Assembly: GCA_026936335.1 (NCBI GenBank)
Contig: JAPMXV010000038.1
Span: forward strand, 1 to 64,000
DNA from: Mantamonas sphyraenae STR306
Taxonomy: Eukaryota > Protista > CRuMs
Length of the DNA stretch: 64,000 nucleotides
Direction: 5' to 3'
Part shown: in pieces, positions 11,061-22,787 of the stretch
Numbering within the stretch: the first letter of the stretch is position 1
Layout: each line of letters begins with the position of its first letter
The notes under the pieces: generated by a model
Databases searched by the model: none
Told to the model about the DNA's origin: nothing
What the model saw: only the letters and a program-made list of their open reading frames with translations
Position numbers and translations under genes: made by a program

Positions 11061-11861
11061 ATGAGCCGCAAAAGGCCATGGCGAGACAGAGAGGGCCATT
11101 CTCTTTTGGAGGACGAGGACGAGGACGAGGACGAGGCGGATCGGAAGCGCCAACGCGTCGTCAACGTTGAAATGCCTGATCTCGACGACGCTGCAGTTGA
11201 GGATATGGTGTCTTGGCTCAAGGAGGACAACAAGACAACTCAACTGCGCATTTCACACGGGGAACTGACCGTGGAGCATGCAAGGAAGCTGGGGAACGCC
11301 CTGCGACATCCGTCCTGCAGCTTGCAACAGCTCCTCTTGCACGTACACCTGTCACGTCCTGCGCTCCAAGAGATTTTGGATGCACTGCAGAGCAATCACT
11401 CGCTTGTGGCGGTCATGCTTCTCTCACAAGCGCGCGCACCCCGGTTGCAGCGAATCATTCACCGCAACCGCGCCCTGGCCCAGCAGCTGTTTGACGCAGC
11501 AGGCAGAGGGGATTTGCAGACGGTCAAGCGCTTGGTTGCGCAGGGTGTGAACCCGCGTGTCGAGCGCAGACATTGGGGGCAGCGGGATGGGCGCCGGCCG
11601 ATTCACGAGGCCATGACGGCCAGCCACATCAATCTTGTCGAGTTTTTCGTGGACGAATGTGGAGAGGATCCACGATTCTTTTGGTATGGTGAATTCCACG
11701 GTGCATTTGGTGCTGCATTTGACACCAGCGTCGAAACAATGCTGGTGATGAACGACGAGGAGGATCCACGAGGCGAGTGGTCCTTCCTTCCTGTGGAGGT
11801 GCTCGACAGAATCATTCGACACATGGCGGCATCCTTCACCGAAGCGTGGCGGTTCTTTTAA
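11061..11861 (+). CDS. Degenerate LRR + ankyrin protein with N-terminal NLS and C-terminal F-box-like motif
   Basis: MSRKRPW..RKRQR; LDALQSNHSLVAVML; LFDAAGRGDLQTVKRLVAQG; GRRPIHEA; WSFLPVEVLDRII; same layout as the C-terminal half of 4118-6162. Confidence 0.8.
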   Translation: MSRKRPWRDREGHSLLEDEDEDEDEADRKRQRVVNVEMPDLDDAAVEDMVSWLKEDNKTTQLRISHGELTVEHARKLGNALRHPSCSLQQLLLHVHLSRPALQEILDALQSNHSLVAVMLLSQARAPRLQRIIHRNRALAQQLFDAAGRGDLQTVKRLVAQGVNPRVERRHWGQRDGRRPIHEAMTASHINLVEFFVDECGEDPRFFWYGEFHGAFGAAFDTSVETMLVMNDEEDPRGEWSFLPVEVLDRIIRHMAASFTEAWRFF

Positions 11862-11923
11862 AAGCACACCCTCTGCAGGTGTTGTGAAGAGATGCAATGG
11901 ACACATGGACACAGAACAGGTGT

Positions 11924-13650
11924 TTACAAGCGCATCAACGCGCCCCTCCACTCCCTCCTGCCACCCGCCTGCGTCCCGCCCCACTCTTGCCCATCCCCGT
12001 CCTCGTCCTCCTCCTCCTCCTCGTCCTCTTCCATCCCCAGCTGTCCATTCACCACACGCACGTGGTTCCTCACACGCCCCTCCCGCATCCACCCTGCCAA
12101 CCCGCCTCCCATCGCCCCACACTCCGCCAGCTCCCGCCACCCCTCCTGCACATTCTCCCCATGATACTCCACCTCAAACACCATCTCTTCCTCTCCCTCT
12201 CCGTCCGCCTCCCACACATCCACCCCCACATCCCCCAGTCCCGCCTGCACGCTCCGCCCGCTCTGCTTCCCCACAACCTTTTTCTCCACACTCTTCTTCT
12301 TCATGTCCTCCCTCTTCTTGTAGTTCCTCTTCTTCCGCCCTCCGTTCTCCTTCCCACGCAGCATCTCCTGCACCTGGCCCTTCACGTTCCGCTCCAGCGG
12401 GTTCAGCGTCGTGTCTGCCGCCCGCAGCTCACTCCACCGTCCCTGCGCCGGCCCCACTTCCACAAGGTCACTCAGCGCCTGACTCGACCCCTCCATGTCC
12501 AGATTCTCGCTCGTCATCGCCCCAAACGCTTCCCGCACGCTCTCCACCACAAGTGTCTTGTCCGGCTTGTGTGCCACGCTCACAAGCATGTACGGCGAGT
12601 CGTGATACCTCATCACATACCCCACCACCTTGGCCGACGCTCCCTTCACCTTGCCCTTCCCGTCCAGCCGCCCCAGCGGGTTCTTGTTCAGATCCACCCG
12701 CAACCAACAGCCCACAGACAGCCATCGCATCGACACCACGCACTCTGAATACTTCTGCTGCAGCAGGCCACGCACACGCTCCACAAACTCCTCCTGCTCA
12801 AACCAGCCTCCTCGCAACGACTCCTTCTCCTCTTCCCCAAACCGAAGCCGCACCACCTCAAACTGCTTCTTCTTGCCCCACGCGTTGCCCATAAAGTACA
12901 TGTAATCCAGGTCCCCAGCCTGCCTTGGTGTCAACCCATCCCTCTGCACACCACGCACACGCCACGCCGTCCCACAAACCGCCCACACACACACACGTGT
13001 CAGCGCGCCCCCGCTCCGGCCCCGCCTTGGCGCCAAAAAGCCACTCAACTCACAAAATACGAATCATACAGCACATCCAACACCTGTTCCTTGCTGTGCC
13101 GCTTCCAGATGCTCGAGTCATACGTCTCCTCTGGGTCAAACGACTCGTCGTCGCCCCTCCACAATGCCATGCACACCTTGAGCGACTTGCGCGTGATCCG
13201 TTCCAGCTGCTTCTTGATCTGGTCCTCCACGCTGCACGCCACACGCTGCAGTAGCATGCTCACTTCATCTCCTTGCCCCTGTTGCATCTGCATACGCTTC
13301 ACAAGCTGCGTCTCTGCTTCCCCACCTGCTTCCATCTCTTGTGTCTTGTTGCTCGACAGCTGCTGCCTGCTCTTGCGAGTCGACACACGCACGTCGTCTC
13401 CCTTGCGTCGCCTCTGTGTCTTGCGCCTCACCTGCACCACCTCGTCATCGTCGTCCGACCACTCAAGGTCCACCTCTTCATCCTCCGACTCCTCCTCCGA
13501 CGTGCTCCCGCCTTGGTACTCGCTGCCAGAGTCGTCCTCCTCGCTCTGGAACCCAGCCCCAGCCATCGACGCCACCGTGATGTCTGGATGATCCGTCACC
13601 GTCATCCCTTCTGGCATCGCAATGCTCAACGTGCTCTCTTCCACATCCAT
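11924..13650 (-). CDS. CENPN: Kinetochore protein CENP-N/Chl4-like, copy 2 (intact frame)
   Basis: Same two-exon structure as 7383-9110, with uninterrupted exon 2. Confidence 0.75.
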
Positions 13651-13724
13651 GCCGGGTGTGTGTGTTGCTCGTTGAATTGGATGGGCCAGAGCGGCACCGC
13701 GCCCACGCAACCACAGAACCCAGC

Positions 13725-14777
13725 ATGGTACGTTGACTCTTTCGTCTCCACTGTGCCGACGACCAAAGTGTGCCATGGACCACTCGCACACACCCCTTGC
13801 ACGCTGTGTGGCCACGCATGCCGTCCGCACGGACACAGGGTGACGCAGAGAGGCGTGCGGAAAAGGGGGGAAGATTTGGAGTTGGCCACCTCAACGCACG
13901 CTTTGCACGGACGCCACCGGTCGTGGAGGCACGGACAGGCACAGCCAGGCAGCACACTGACACCGCAGGGTACCTGACATGACAGACCGAGAAGGAGTAC
14001 GCAAAGGAAAACCTGCCGAACGCCAGGGAGGGCGAGGAGGTGTTTGGTGTGTGCCACATCTACGCCAGCTACAACGACACTTTCGTGCACGTGACGGATC
14101 TTTCGGGCCGCGAAACGATCTCGCGTGTGACGGGTGGCATGAAGGTGAAGGCGGACCGTGACGAGTCGTCGCCGTACGCTGCCATGCTTGCCGCACAGGA
14201 CGTGGCCAAGGAGATCAAGGTGAGAAATGGAGCGAGGTTGGAGCGGCAGCTCTTTTTTGCATGCAGTGACTGGGCTGCGGAACGAACAGGGCGAGGGAGA
14301 CATGGGATGCCGATGGGCAGACCAGGTGGAACAGAGGGATGTGCATGTGCCGAGGTGGTAGATGGGGCGTGTGGGTGTCATGTGTGGATGGAAGGAGGGG
14401 AAAAGTGTGTGCGTGCGCATGCGAGGCCGAGCCAAGACACAGTCGGCAGGCACACAGGGACGGAGGAAGTGAGCAGGGGACACGAGACCAGGTGGAGGGT
14501 GCACATACAAATGGATGGATGAGTGACTGACACCAGGTGGGGTGGATGCGCGTTGTACTGTGGAATATGGGACACACAGACCAAGGGAATCACCGCTCTG
14601 CACATCAAGATCCGCGCCATGGGTGGCACGCGCACCAAGACGCCCGGTCCGGGTGGCCAGAGCGCTCTGCGTGCGCTGGCTCGCGCTGGCGTCAAGATCG
14701 GCCGCATTGAGGACTGCACGCCGATCCCCACCGACTCGACTCGCAAGAAGTCTGGTCGCCGTGGTCGCCGTCTGTAA
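13725..14777 (+). CDS. RPS14: 40S ribosomal protein S14 (uS11), copy 2
   Basis: Exons 13725-13727, 13986-14219 and ~14580-14777; canonical S14 motifs. Confidence 0.97.
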
Positions 14778-14878
14778 ACGACCACTCCACACAATGTACA
14801 GCTTGGTTGCTGCTTGATCCTGCTCTCCTTGCTTCCCTCGCATCGCTCTCCGTCTGCGCCCACGCACCCAGCCCATCC

Positions 14879-15748
14879 ATGTCGGCGCTTGCTCGCCTTT
14901 TCCACGCGCTCCTCTCCTTTTTCTACAGCCTCGCCCTCGCGATCTACCGTACTTGGACCTCATTCCGTGTGCGCTGGACGTATGCCGATGTGGTCGATAC
15001 CGCTTCCACAGTCGCTTTCCGCGACGCCCGCTTTGCAAAGACTCCTCACCACGTCGCCTTTGTCGTGCATCCGGACCAGCCATTGACGTCATCCGATATC
15101 CTCGCCCCTGCCCTCCAAGCCGCAGAGTGCGGCTCCCATTACCTCTCCCTCTACGACCCTTCTGGTAAGTGTCCATCTGTCTGTCGTCCACCCCTCTCCC
15201 CCTCCCCCATGCTCACCACCGGTGCTGCAGATCGCCTGCTCGACGCCTACCCGGATTTTCTCCAGCAATGCGCCACACAAGGTGCTGCGTGGCTACACGA
15301 CCACAAACACACACATTCCTTCACCCACATCCATGTCCGGCGCACAGGAGAGACCTCGGCCATCCAGTTTGGTACAGACGGCGTCGCAAACGAGGTCGCC
15401 GATGCCGACCAGCCTCCCAACAACCACACCTTGTACATTCTCATGCTCGGATCCACCGATGGCCGCCACGTCCTTGCCGACGTCGCCGCCCATGTACAGT
15501 CTGACGCGGCCCAGGTCGACGAGCAGCTCATAGACGCGCAATTGCCCTGGCGCCTCGCACCCAACTGGCCCGAGCCCGACCTCGCTCTCCTCTACGGCCC
15601 AGCCATGACCATGGCCGGTCTCCTCCCGTGGACAATCCGCGTCACCGAGTTCCAGCACATGCCGAGCTCGCCCGCACACACCACGCGTCGCCAGCTCGTG
15701 TACGCCATCCACTGCTACGCAGGCACAGTCCAACGTTACGGGAAATGA
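14879..15748 (+). CDS. NUS1: Cis-prenyltransferase accessory subunit NUS1/NgBR
   Basis: N-terminal hydrophobic segment, KTPHHVAFV, YLSLYDPSG, PEPDLAL, GLLPWTIRVTEF, C-terminal QRYGK (RxG); in-frame GTAAGT intron ~15165-15230. Confidence 0.88.
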   Translation: MSALARLFHALLSFFYSLALAIYRTWTSFRVRWTYADVVDTASTVAFRDARFAKTPHHVAFVVHPDQPLTSSDILAPALQAAECGSHYLSLYDPSGKCPSVCRPPLSPSPMLTTGAADRLLDAYPDFLQQCATQGAAWLHDHKHTHSFTHIHVRRTGETSAIQFGTDGVANEVADADQPPNNHTLYILMLGSTDGRHVLADVAAHVQSDAAQVDEQLIDAQLPWRLAPNWPEPDLALLYGPAMTMAGLLPWTIRVTEFQHMPSSPAHTTRRQLVYAIHCYAGTVQRYGK

Positions 15749-15766
15749 ACGAACGATCCTGGCACT

Positions 15767-18700
15767 TTACTTCCACAGCCTCACCTCGCCGCTGTCCCCG
15801 CCGCTCACAAGCACGGGACAGTGCGGAAACGGCAGCCACGTCAGCGAGCTGATGCTGTCGCTGTGCGTCACCCTTTCCATCTGCCCATCCGCCTGCTGCG
15901 GGTCGCCGTGGAATCGCACACTGCCCCCGTTCAAATCGTCTCCCTGCACCCCGCACTCTTCGTAAATGGAAAAGTCCACGCCCGCCTGCTCGTACTCGCT
16001 GCAGCGGTACACCGTCGGCCGCCACTTGTCGTACCCACACATCGTGTACGATCGATATGCCTTGTGCAGATCCCACACTCGGATGGCCTTGTCTGTGCCT
16101 GCCGTCACCAGCATGCCCCGCTGACCTGCGCGCGGCACAAGCAGCGCTCGCATCACATGCCGCATCTCCTCGCGCGAGCCAGCATGCGCAAAGTCCAGTA
16201 CCTCCTTGCGTTGGCCGCTGATCCGCGTGTTCACCTCCAGCGAGCTGGCCCCTGGCGTACGGATGCGTGGCAAATCCACAATCATCGACGCTGGCGTGTT
16301 TACGCTGAACCCGCTGCTGCTCAGCATGCTCTGTTCCACCACAAACGATTCGGGCGTCCCTTCGTACACGCTCGAATCCTCCCGAGCTCGGCCAGTTGCT
16401 CGGCTGCTGCTGCTGCTGCTGCTGCTCGACTCAACGCGGATCTCGCCCGTCGCAACCTGTTCCGCCACTTCCCGCTGTGCAAACGGTCCCATGTACGCCC
16501 AGTGTCCACTTTGCCCGGCGCTCTGGGCCCGAAACACGTGTACCATGTTGCCGCTGTCCACATCCCACACCGACGCCTCGCACTGGTTTCCGTTTGTGGC
16601 CGCACACACCTGCGGCCCACGGAACGCCCTCATAAACTCGTCTTCCTGGCTGGCTTTCCCATCCTTCCACTCTGGAAAGTTCACCAGGCTCAGAATTGCC
16701 TGCTTGCACGGATGGCGCCACTGCTGAACCTTGAGCCCATACCGGATGTCCCAAAGCGTCATGTAGCCCAACGAACTGCCCGTCACCATGTGCAGGCCCC
16801 CCGTACCCACGCAGAAGCTGCTCAGCACCCCATGCTTGCTTGGATGGTCCATCGACCACCCGTCCTTCCGCGTGCGCAGATCCCATCCCCGCAGCTTGCC
16901 GTCGATGCACCCGTAGTACACTTCGTGCACAGACGCCTCCTTGTCCCAAGCCACTGCCACCACACTGCTTTCCTCCCCAAGATCCAGCGTTTGTACATGC
17001 CCAAGTCCACTCACACTCATCAGATCCTCCATGTCGTCCACTTCGTGCTCTCCGGGGTACTCCACGTCCAGCACGTGCAGCTTCCCATCGTTTGTGCCCG
17101 CCACCACCCGCTGCGTCGTGTCCACCACACACATGCCGCGCACTCCACTGCCCAGGTCCACATGCGCCCGTGACCCGACCTCCTCCTCCGCCGTTTCGCT
17201 CACATCCCACAGCCGCACGCTCCCATCCAGCGACGCCGTCACGTAATAGCACAGGTCCGCAGCCGCCTCGATGCTGCTCACCCGCGCCGTGTGCTCCTTG
17301 CTCGATCCCACAAGCACTCCCGCCGGCCGCCACGAGTCCACTGCGTCCGCTTGCACACGTACCCGTCCTCCGTCGCGTCCATCCATCACGTCCAGGCCAC
17401 GCGGCCCAAGGATGGCGTCCACATCCTCGCCGGCCACAGCCCCTCGTCCCCGTGTCCCTTCGCTCCCGTTCCCGCTCTCCTCCATACTGTGTGCAAACAC
17501 AGCGTCCTGTTCCCCGACCCAGTACCCTGTCGCATCCATCATCTCTGCAACTTCCACCTTGTGACTCGATCGCCCCAATCCGCGCCGCTTGCTCTTGCTC
17601 GCTGCGACCATCGCCCCTTTCAGGGCCTCGTACGGCGCTTCGCTGTACCGCAGATTCGGTTGCCTGCATGGCACCCTCTGAACGGGACACGCCTCCCCCA
17701 ACTTTGGCTCGCTCGGCCCTTTGCGCACCTGCTTCTTGCTACGCAGTGCCTTCTCTCGCATCGACTCGTCGATGCCCTCAAACATCATGTAGCTCTCCTC
17801 GTTGCCGCTGACCCCAAAGAACGAGTTCAGCTCCGCCAGAATCACCGCTGCACGCTTTGCCTCCCGGATCTGTTCGTGCCGCGTCCGCAGCCGCATCCGT
17901 TCGCTGTCGTCGTGCTCCTTGGCGTTTGCCGCCTCTGCCACAAGCTTTTGCTGCACAGACACGCTCTCGCTCACGGCCAGAAATCGCTCCGCCACTTGAC
18001 GGTCTGCCTCCGCTGCAGCTGCGGCCGGCGTCGGCCTGCTCGAGCTCGACACCTGCGACATGCGCACTTGCGAGCGCACACGCGACTTGATCACGTTCCA
18101 CAGGTACGGGCGCATCAGTTGGAGCTTGCTCTCGTTGCTGTCGTTGAGCATGCCCTCGTAAAAGTCGTTGTTCAGAAACTCGTCAAACTCCGCCTCCTGC
18201 ATCTCCACCCCCGAACTTCCGCCAGACTCAAACTGCTCTTCCTGCTCTTCTTGCACGCCTTGGTAGTTGTCCAACACCACCACCACTGCGTCGTCATCCT
18301 GCTCTGCGTCCGCCGCCGCCTCATCTGCCTGCTCCTCCGCGCTCCCGCCTTCCTCCTGCTCTCCCATGGCGCTGCCTGCCGAGCTGCTGCCTGCTGACGA
18401 TGACGACTGGTGGCGACGTCTGCTCTGCTGGCCCTTCAGCACTCCCTCGGGTGGAGACAGGCTGTGCGAATGCGCCTCGAAACTCGCTGGCAAAAAGTCC
18501 TCGTCGCCGCTCCGCAGCCGTTTCCCCTTGACCACCCTGCGCTTCTGTTCTTGCTCCGCTTCTTGCAGATACATGAGCGACGACACTTGGAATGACATCC
18601 CTCCTGCAGCCAGGCTGGCAGCCTCGTCGATAGTGCGAGAGCGCCGCGGCACACGCTGGATGGGTACACGCAGTGAGTTTGGACTCGGAGTCGACGGGTT

Positions 18701-21700
18701 GTTCGACGCCCCGCTGCTTGTTGCGCTGCGTGGCGACTCGTCGCCGCTCTTGCCACGGCCTCCCAGGTCCAACGACCGCTTTGGCGCGAGTTTCTTGCGC
18801 AGCGGCGCCTTGAACTTGTTCACGGCACGCCGCAACACGCGCGTCTGTTGCTTCGACGCCGCTTCAATCATTCGCGTGCGTACGCGCTCGCTCAGGATGT
18901 CTGCGATGCTCAGCGCCTTGTCAAAGCAAAACCGGCTGACAGGCGGTCGCAAGCTGCTCAGCAGATTCAGCTCCGTGATCACAAGGATGGGTTTGTGCAC
19001 AAAGGGCAACGTCAACGGAAGTAGATGCCGATACACCTTGACTGGCCCCAGAAGTCTGGCTGCACTCGCAAACAAGCCGATCACTGCGTACCGGATCCAG
19101 ATGCTGGGGTGCAGCAGAAGCGGCGCCGTGTCCGTGGCCACAGCCACAATGCTTTCGTGGCTGATCAGGCCTCGGTCTGCAAGAGCACCCAAGGCGTTGA
19201 TGGCCTTTTCTGTGACAAACTCGTCGTCGTCTGCAAACAGGGCGCCAATCACACACGGCACAACCATCACCTGCGTGTGCTCTTGCCCAATCTGGTCGCT
19301 GACGTCGCTCAGGTGCGAAAAAAAGGTGATGCGCAGGTCTTTGTCATCCTGGTTGAGCAAATTGATAAACAGAGGCAGGATGTTGCTCAGCGTGTACGCG
19401 TTGCCCATGAACGCACACAGCTCGCTCACATGTTGAAGCAGCGCTTTGCGCACCACAGAGCTGCTGTCCGTCATCAATTGGTTCACCATTTCCATCGTTT
19501 GCATGCGCACATTGTCCAGCTGCCTGTCGTAGGACAACTGATCCCACTCCGCCTTGCCTTGCTGCACCTGCAGCGAGAGCGCTGAAGTCAGCAGTGACGA
19601 CGATGGCGAGCCTTCGGGTGATGAGATGGACGACGTCGACGGTTGGCGTTGCGTGGCGTCGTGTTCGTGCGCAGACGCAAGTTCCTGCAACCGTGCGATT
19701 GTGCCCACAAGCCGAGTCAGAAGCTGCGCAAACGTCACACGTACAATCTCGGACGTATCGTTGGGCATGTCCAGCAGGTGTGCCAGCATGTAGTCTGGCA
19801 GACCGCGTTCACGCGCAGGCAGCGTGCGCACAAAGCCCAACATCCGCGTCAGGTTCTTCAGCGTCGTCAGGCGCACGCGCGGCTCTTTGTCTCCCAGCAT
19901 GACCAGCATAAACGGCACAACGCGCTCAAAGATCAACGCATCGTCCAGTTGGTAGCCCATGAACAACAGCCAGTCCAGAGCCATGGTCTTGTGCTGTGAC
20001 GAGGCGCAATTGCGCATGCTCGCGCACACCAGCGTCAGCAGCGGCGACAGCATGTCCGTGTCCTGGAACAACACGTCCATCAGGGCATGCGTCATCCAAT
20101 CAGGCGCATCCAACACGCTGTCGCCTCCTTGCAGCGCACGCATCGACGCCGCCAATTCGGCAGACACTTCCTTGTGACTACCTGTCCGCCTCACGTCCGC
20201 TTCGCCCACGTCTGCGTCTGCATCCAGCGATTGCAGCGTCAGCACCGTGTCTTTGGTGGTCACTTGCGGGTGTCCATGTCCGTGCAGCTTCGGCACGCCG
20301 TGCCCGCCGTCCAGCGGTTCGTTGTGCATCCCCAGGTTGGCAAACACCGATCGCCGCAGCTTCTCCTCCTCCACAATCTCCAGCTCTGGCGACGTGGGCG
20401 CCAGCAGACCCAGCAGCGCGTTGTCCAGTGCACCGCTTTCCTGCTCTTGCTCCGCCACCAGCTGATCCCACATGCCCAGGTAGTTCATAAACTGCTTCGT
20501 ACGCTGCAATTGCGCTCGCGTCGCCTGTGTGTCTGCATCCACCTCGGCACCCATCAGCTGCGGTGTCCCTGCTTCCTTTTCCTGCTGCGCAAGCAGCTGA
20601 GACAGGCCCGACGATGGTGTTGTCGGTAGCGTCGGCCCTGCGCTCGCTTCCGTCACGGGTTCCAGAGTGAACACGCTCTCTTTGCCCTTGCGGGTCGATC
20701 TTCCGCGTGTGCTCATGCCTCCTGCTTCGCCAGCCCGTGCGGCTGCCGCTGCTTCCCTCATTTCCGCGCCCCAGTCGCGCAGCGTGGTGTTGGTTGTGGC
20801 TGGCGCCGACGTCGACAATTCCACTTCGTTCTCGTTGCTCGTAGCCTGTACAAGGGTGGACATCGGTGCGTACGCCACCTGATCGTCCATGGGCTCCTCC
20901 GTTTGCTCCTCTTCAGCCTGTTCCATGCGGGCCAGCCGCATGCTGGCCTCCTTTTCGATGCTCCGCAGCTTGGCTGTGTTTTTTGCCATCTGCTGCGGCG
21001 TGGAACCCAGTGAGGCCGTTTGCGCCGCCATGCTCTGGCTTCCTGCCTCTGCACGCCCACTTGACCGTGTCCAAACCATGCGGCGTCCGCTGATGCTCGA
21101 TTGGAACGCGCCTCGCAAACAAGGCATCCAGTCGTGCATCACACGCTGCATCCGTACGTCGCAATTCAGCGTGTTCAACGCACCGATGTACGGATGCATA
21201 AATGCAAACGCGGTGGGGAACGCACGCGGGCTCCACTTTTGTACATACTCCTCCGCGCTCAGGCGTGCCTCCGGGTCCAGTTGCAGCATGTGCAGGACGA
21301 GTTCGCGCACATCGGTGTTTTCAATGCCCTCGAGCAGATCTTCCAGGTGCACGTGTCCCTTGCGGTAAGACAGCAGCGAGGACAGCTTGAACAGCGGCCG
21401 CTCCAAGAAGATCTCGGCAATCAGACAGCCTGCCGAAAAGATGTCCATGGACGGCCTCAGCAAATTGGCCTCCACCAGCTCGTCCTCACCGTCATCCAAC
21501 AGGTCCTCGTCGCCTTCCTGCTCGTCCAGACTTGTGGTGTGCAGGATGGCGGGGCTGCCGCCGTGTTCTGAAGCAAAGCGCACGCGCGCCTGCCGTCCAC
21601 TCACCGATGGCCTGTGCAGGCTGGCAGACCGTGACGAGCCCGACTGTACACTGTTTGCATCCTCGTCGTCGTCTTCGTCCAGATCGTCAGCGCCAAACGC

Positions 21701-22697
21701 AGCTCCCAAGCCGCTGGCCGAGCTGGTGCTTACGCTGCGGCCCATTGTCGCGACGCTGGCCAGCGCCTCCGAGTCCTCGCCGGCCAGCGACACGTCGGAT
21801 GCCAGCGAGTAGGCGTTCTGCAGGGACGGCTCGCGCATGGGTGTGGCCAACTGGTCGTCGAAGCGCTCGGGTGCCAGGTAGCAGCGGCGGTCCTTGGTGG
21901 TGTGGAAAAAGTACGAGTAGAGGGCCGGGTTGGATTCGGGCAGGTACGTCGGCTTGAAGGGCGCAAAGTCTGTCAGATAGGCCCAGCCCCACGATGTCAC
22001 CAGGAAACTCTCGCTCTTGATGTCACCGTGGCATACGCCCACGCTGTGTGCTTGCACCAACGCCTGCAGCAGCTGGTACACCAGCCAACGCTTCTCAAGG
22101 TCGGTCAGGAACGGCGGCGTGCTGTTGGTCGTCCGCCACACCGTGTCAGTGTGTGCACCTGTATGCATTAGGTGCATCCTTTGCTCGCCCCTGTCTAACC
22201 CTATCCATGTCCGCCTGTGTAATGTGTGTCCACTCACCTGATCGCATCCATGCACGGCTTGGAAATGTACTGGCGAATCAGGTACGCCGTCTTGGGCCCC
22301 TGCCCAACACGCGCGTACGCCAGACAATTGGAATGTGTGATCCCGGCCAATTTGTTGTTCATGTCTGTGTGCGGGGGAAAGGGGGCGGGTCGCATTCGGC
22401 CCAAGAGCGTGTCAGCGGCTTCACCTTGCGGCGGCGTGGATGCCTGCAAAACCCACCATTCAGAATGTCCTCAAAGCGTGTCAAAGGCGGGTCTGATGCC
22501 GTCTTAAAGTACAGTTTGACCACCAGCGGGCCCTGGTCGCTCAGGTACACCGCCGTCTTCAGCAGGCGGCCACCAACCAGCTCTCGGTCATACACAAAGC
22601 TCGACACGTCTAGCTCCTCGGTGCCCAGGATCGACGTCAGGTCGTGCAGTCGTAGAGACGACGCGCTCAGCGAGCGTTTGGATAGCTGGTTGCCCAT
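15767..22697 (-). CDS. VPS15: PI3K regulatory subunit VPS15/PIK3R4 (kinase-HEAT-WD40)
   Basis: MGNQLS myristoylation start, EKRWLVYQLL, HGDIKSE, LTDFAPFKPTYLP, RRCYLAPERF, HEAT region (PLLLHPSIWIRY), C-terminal WD40; two 5' introns. Confidence 0.95.
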
Positions 22698-22787
22698 GCA
22701 GACTCGCCTGTGTGCGGATGTGTGTCGCCCCGGGAGCCTGTTGCTTTGCGCAAGCCCCCGCACACAAAACACACCCACCTTGCCACC

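Larger units (their letters stand above)
11862..14818. repeat. Inverted repeat, right arm
   Basis: Reverse complement of 6215-9164; begins immediately after the TAA at 11859-11861. Confidence 0.97.

Noticed and set aside
6215-14818. Inverted repeats as the TIRs of a transposon or Polinton
   Set aside because: Arms consist of housekeeping genes; no transposase or integrase and no evident target-site duplication
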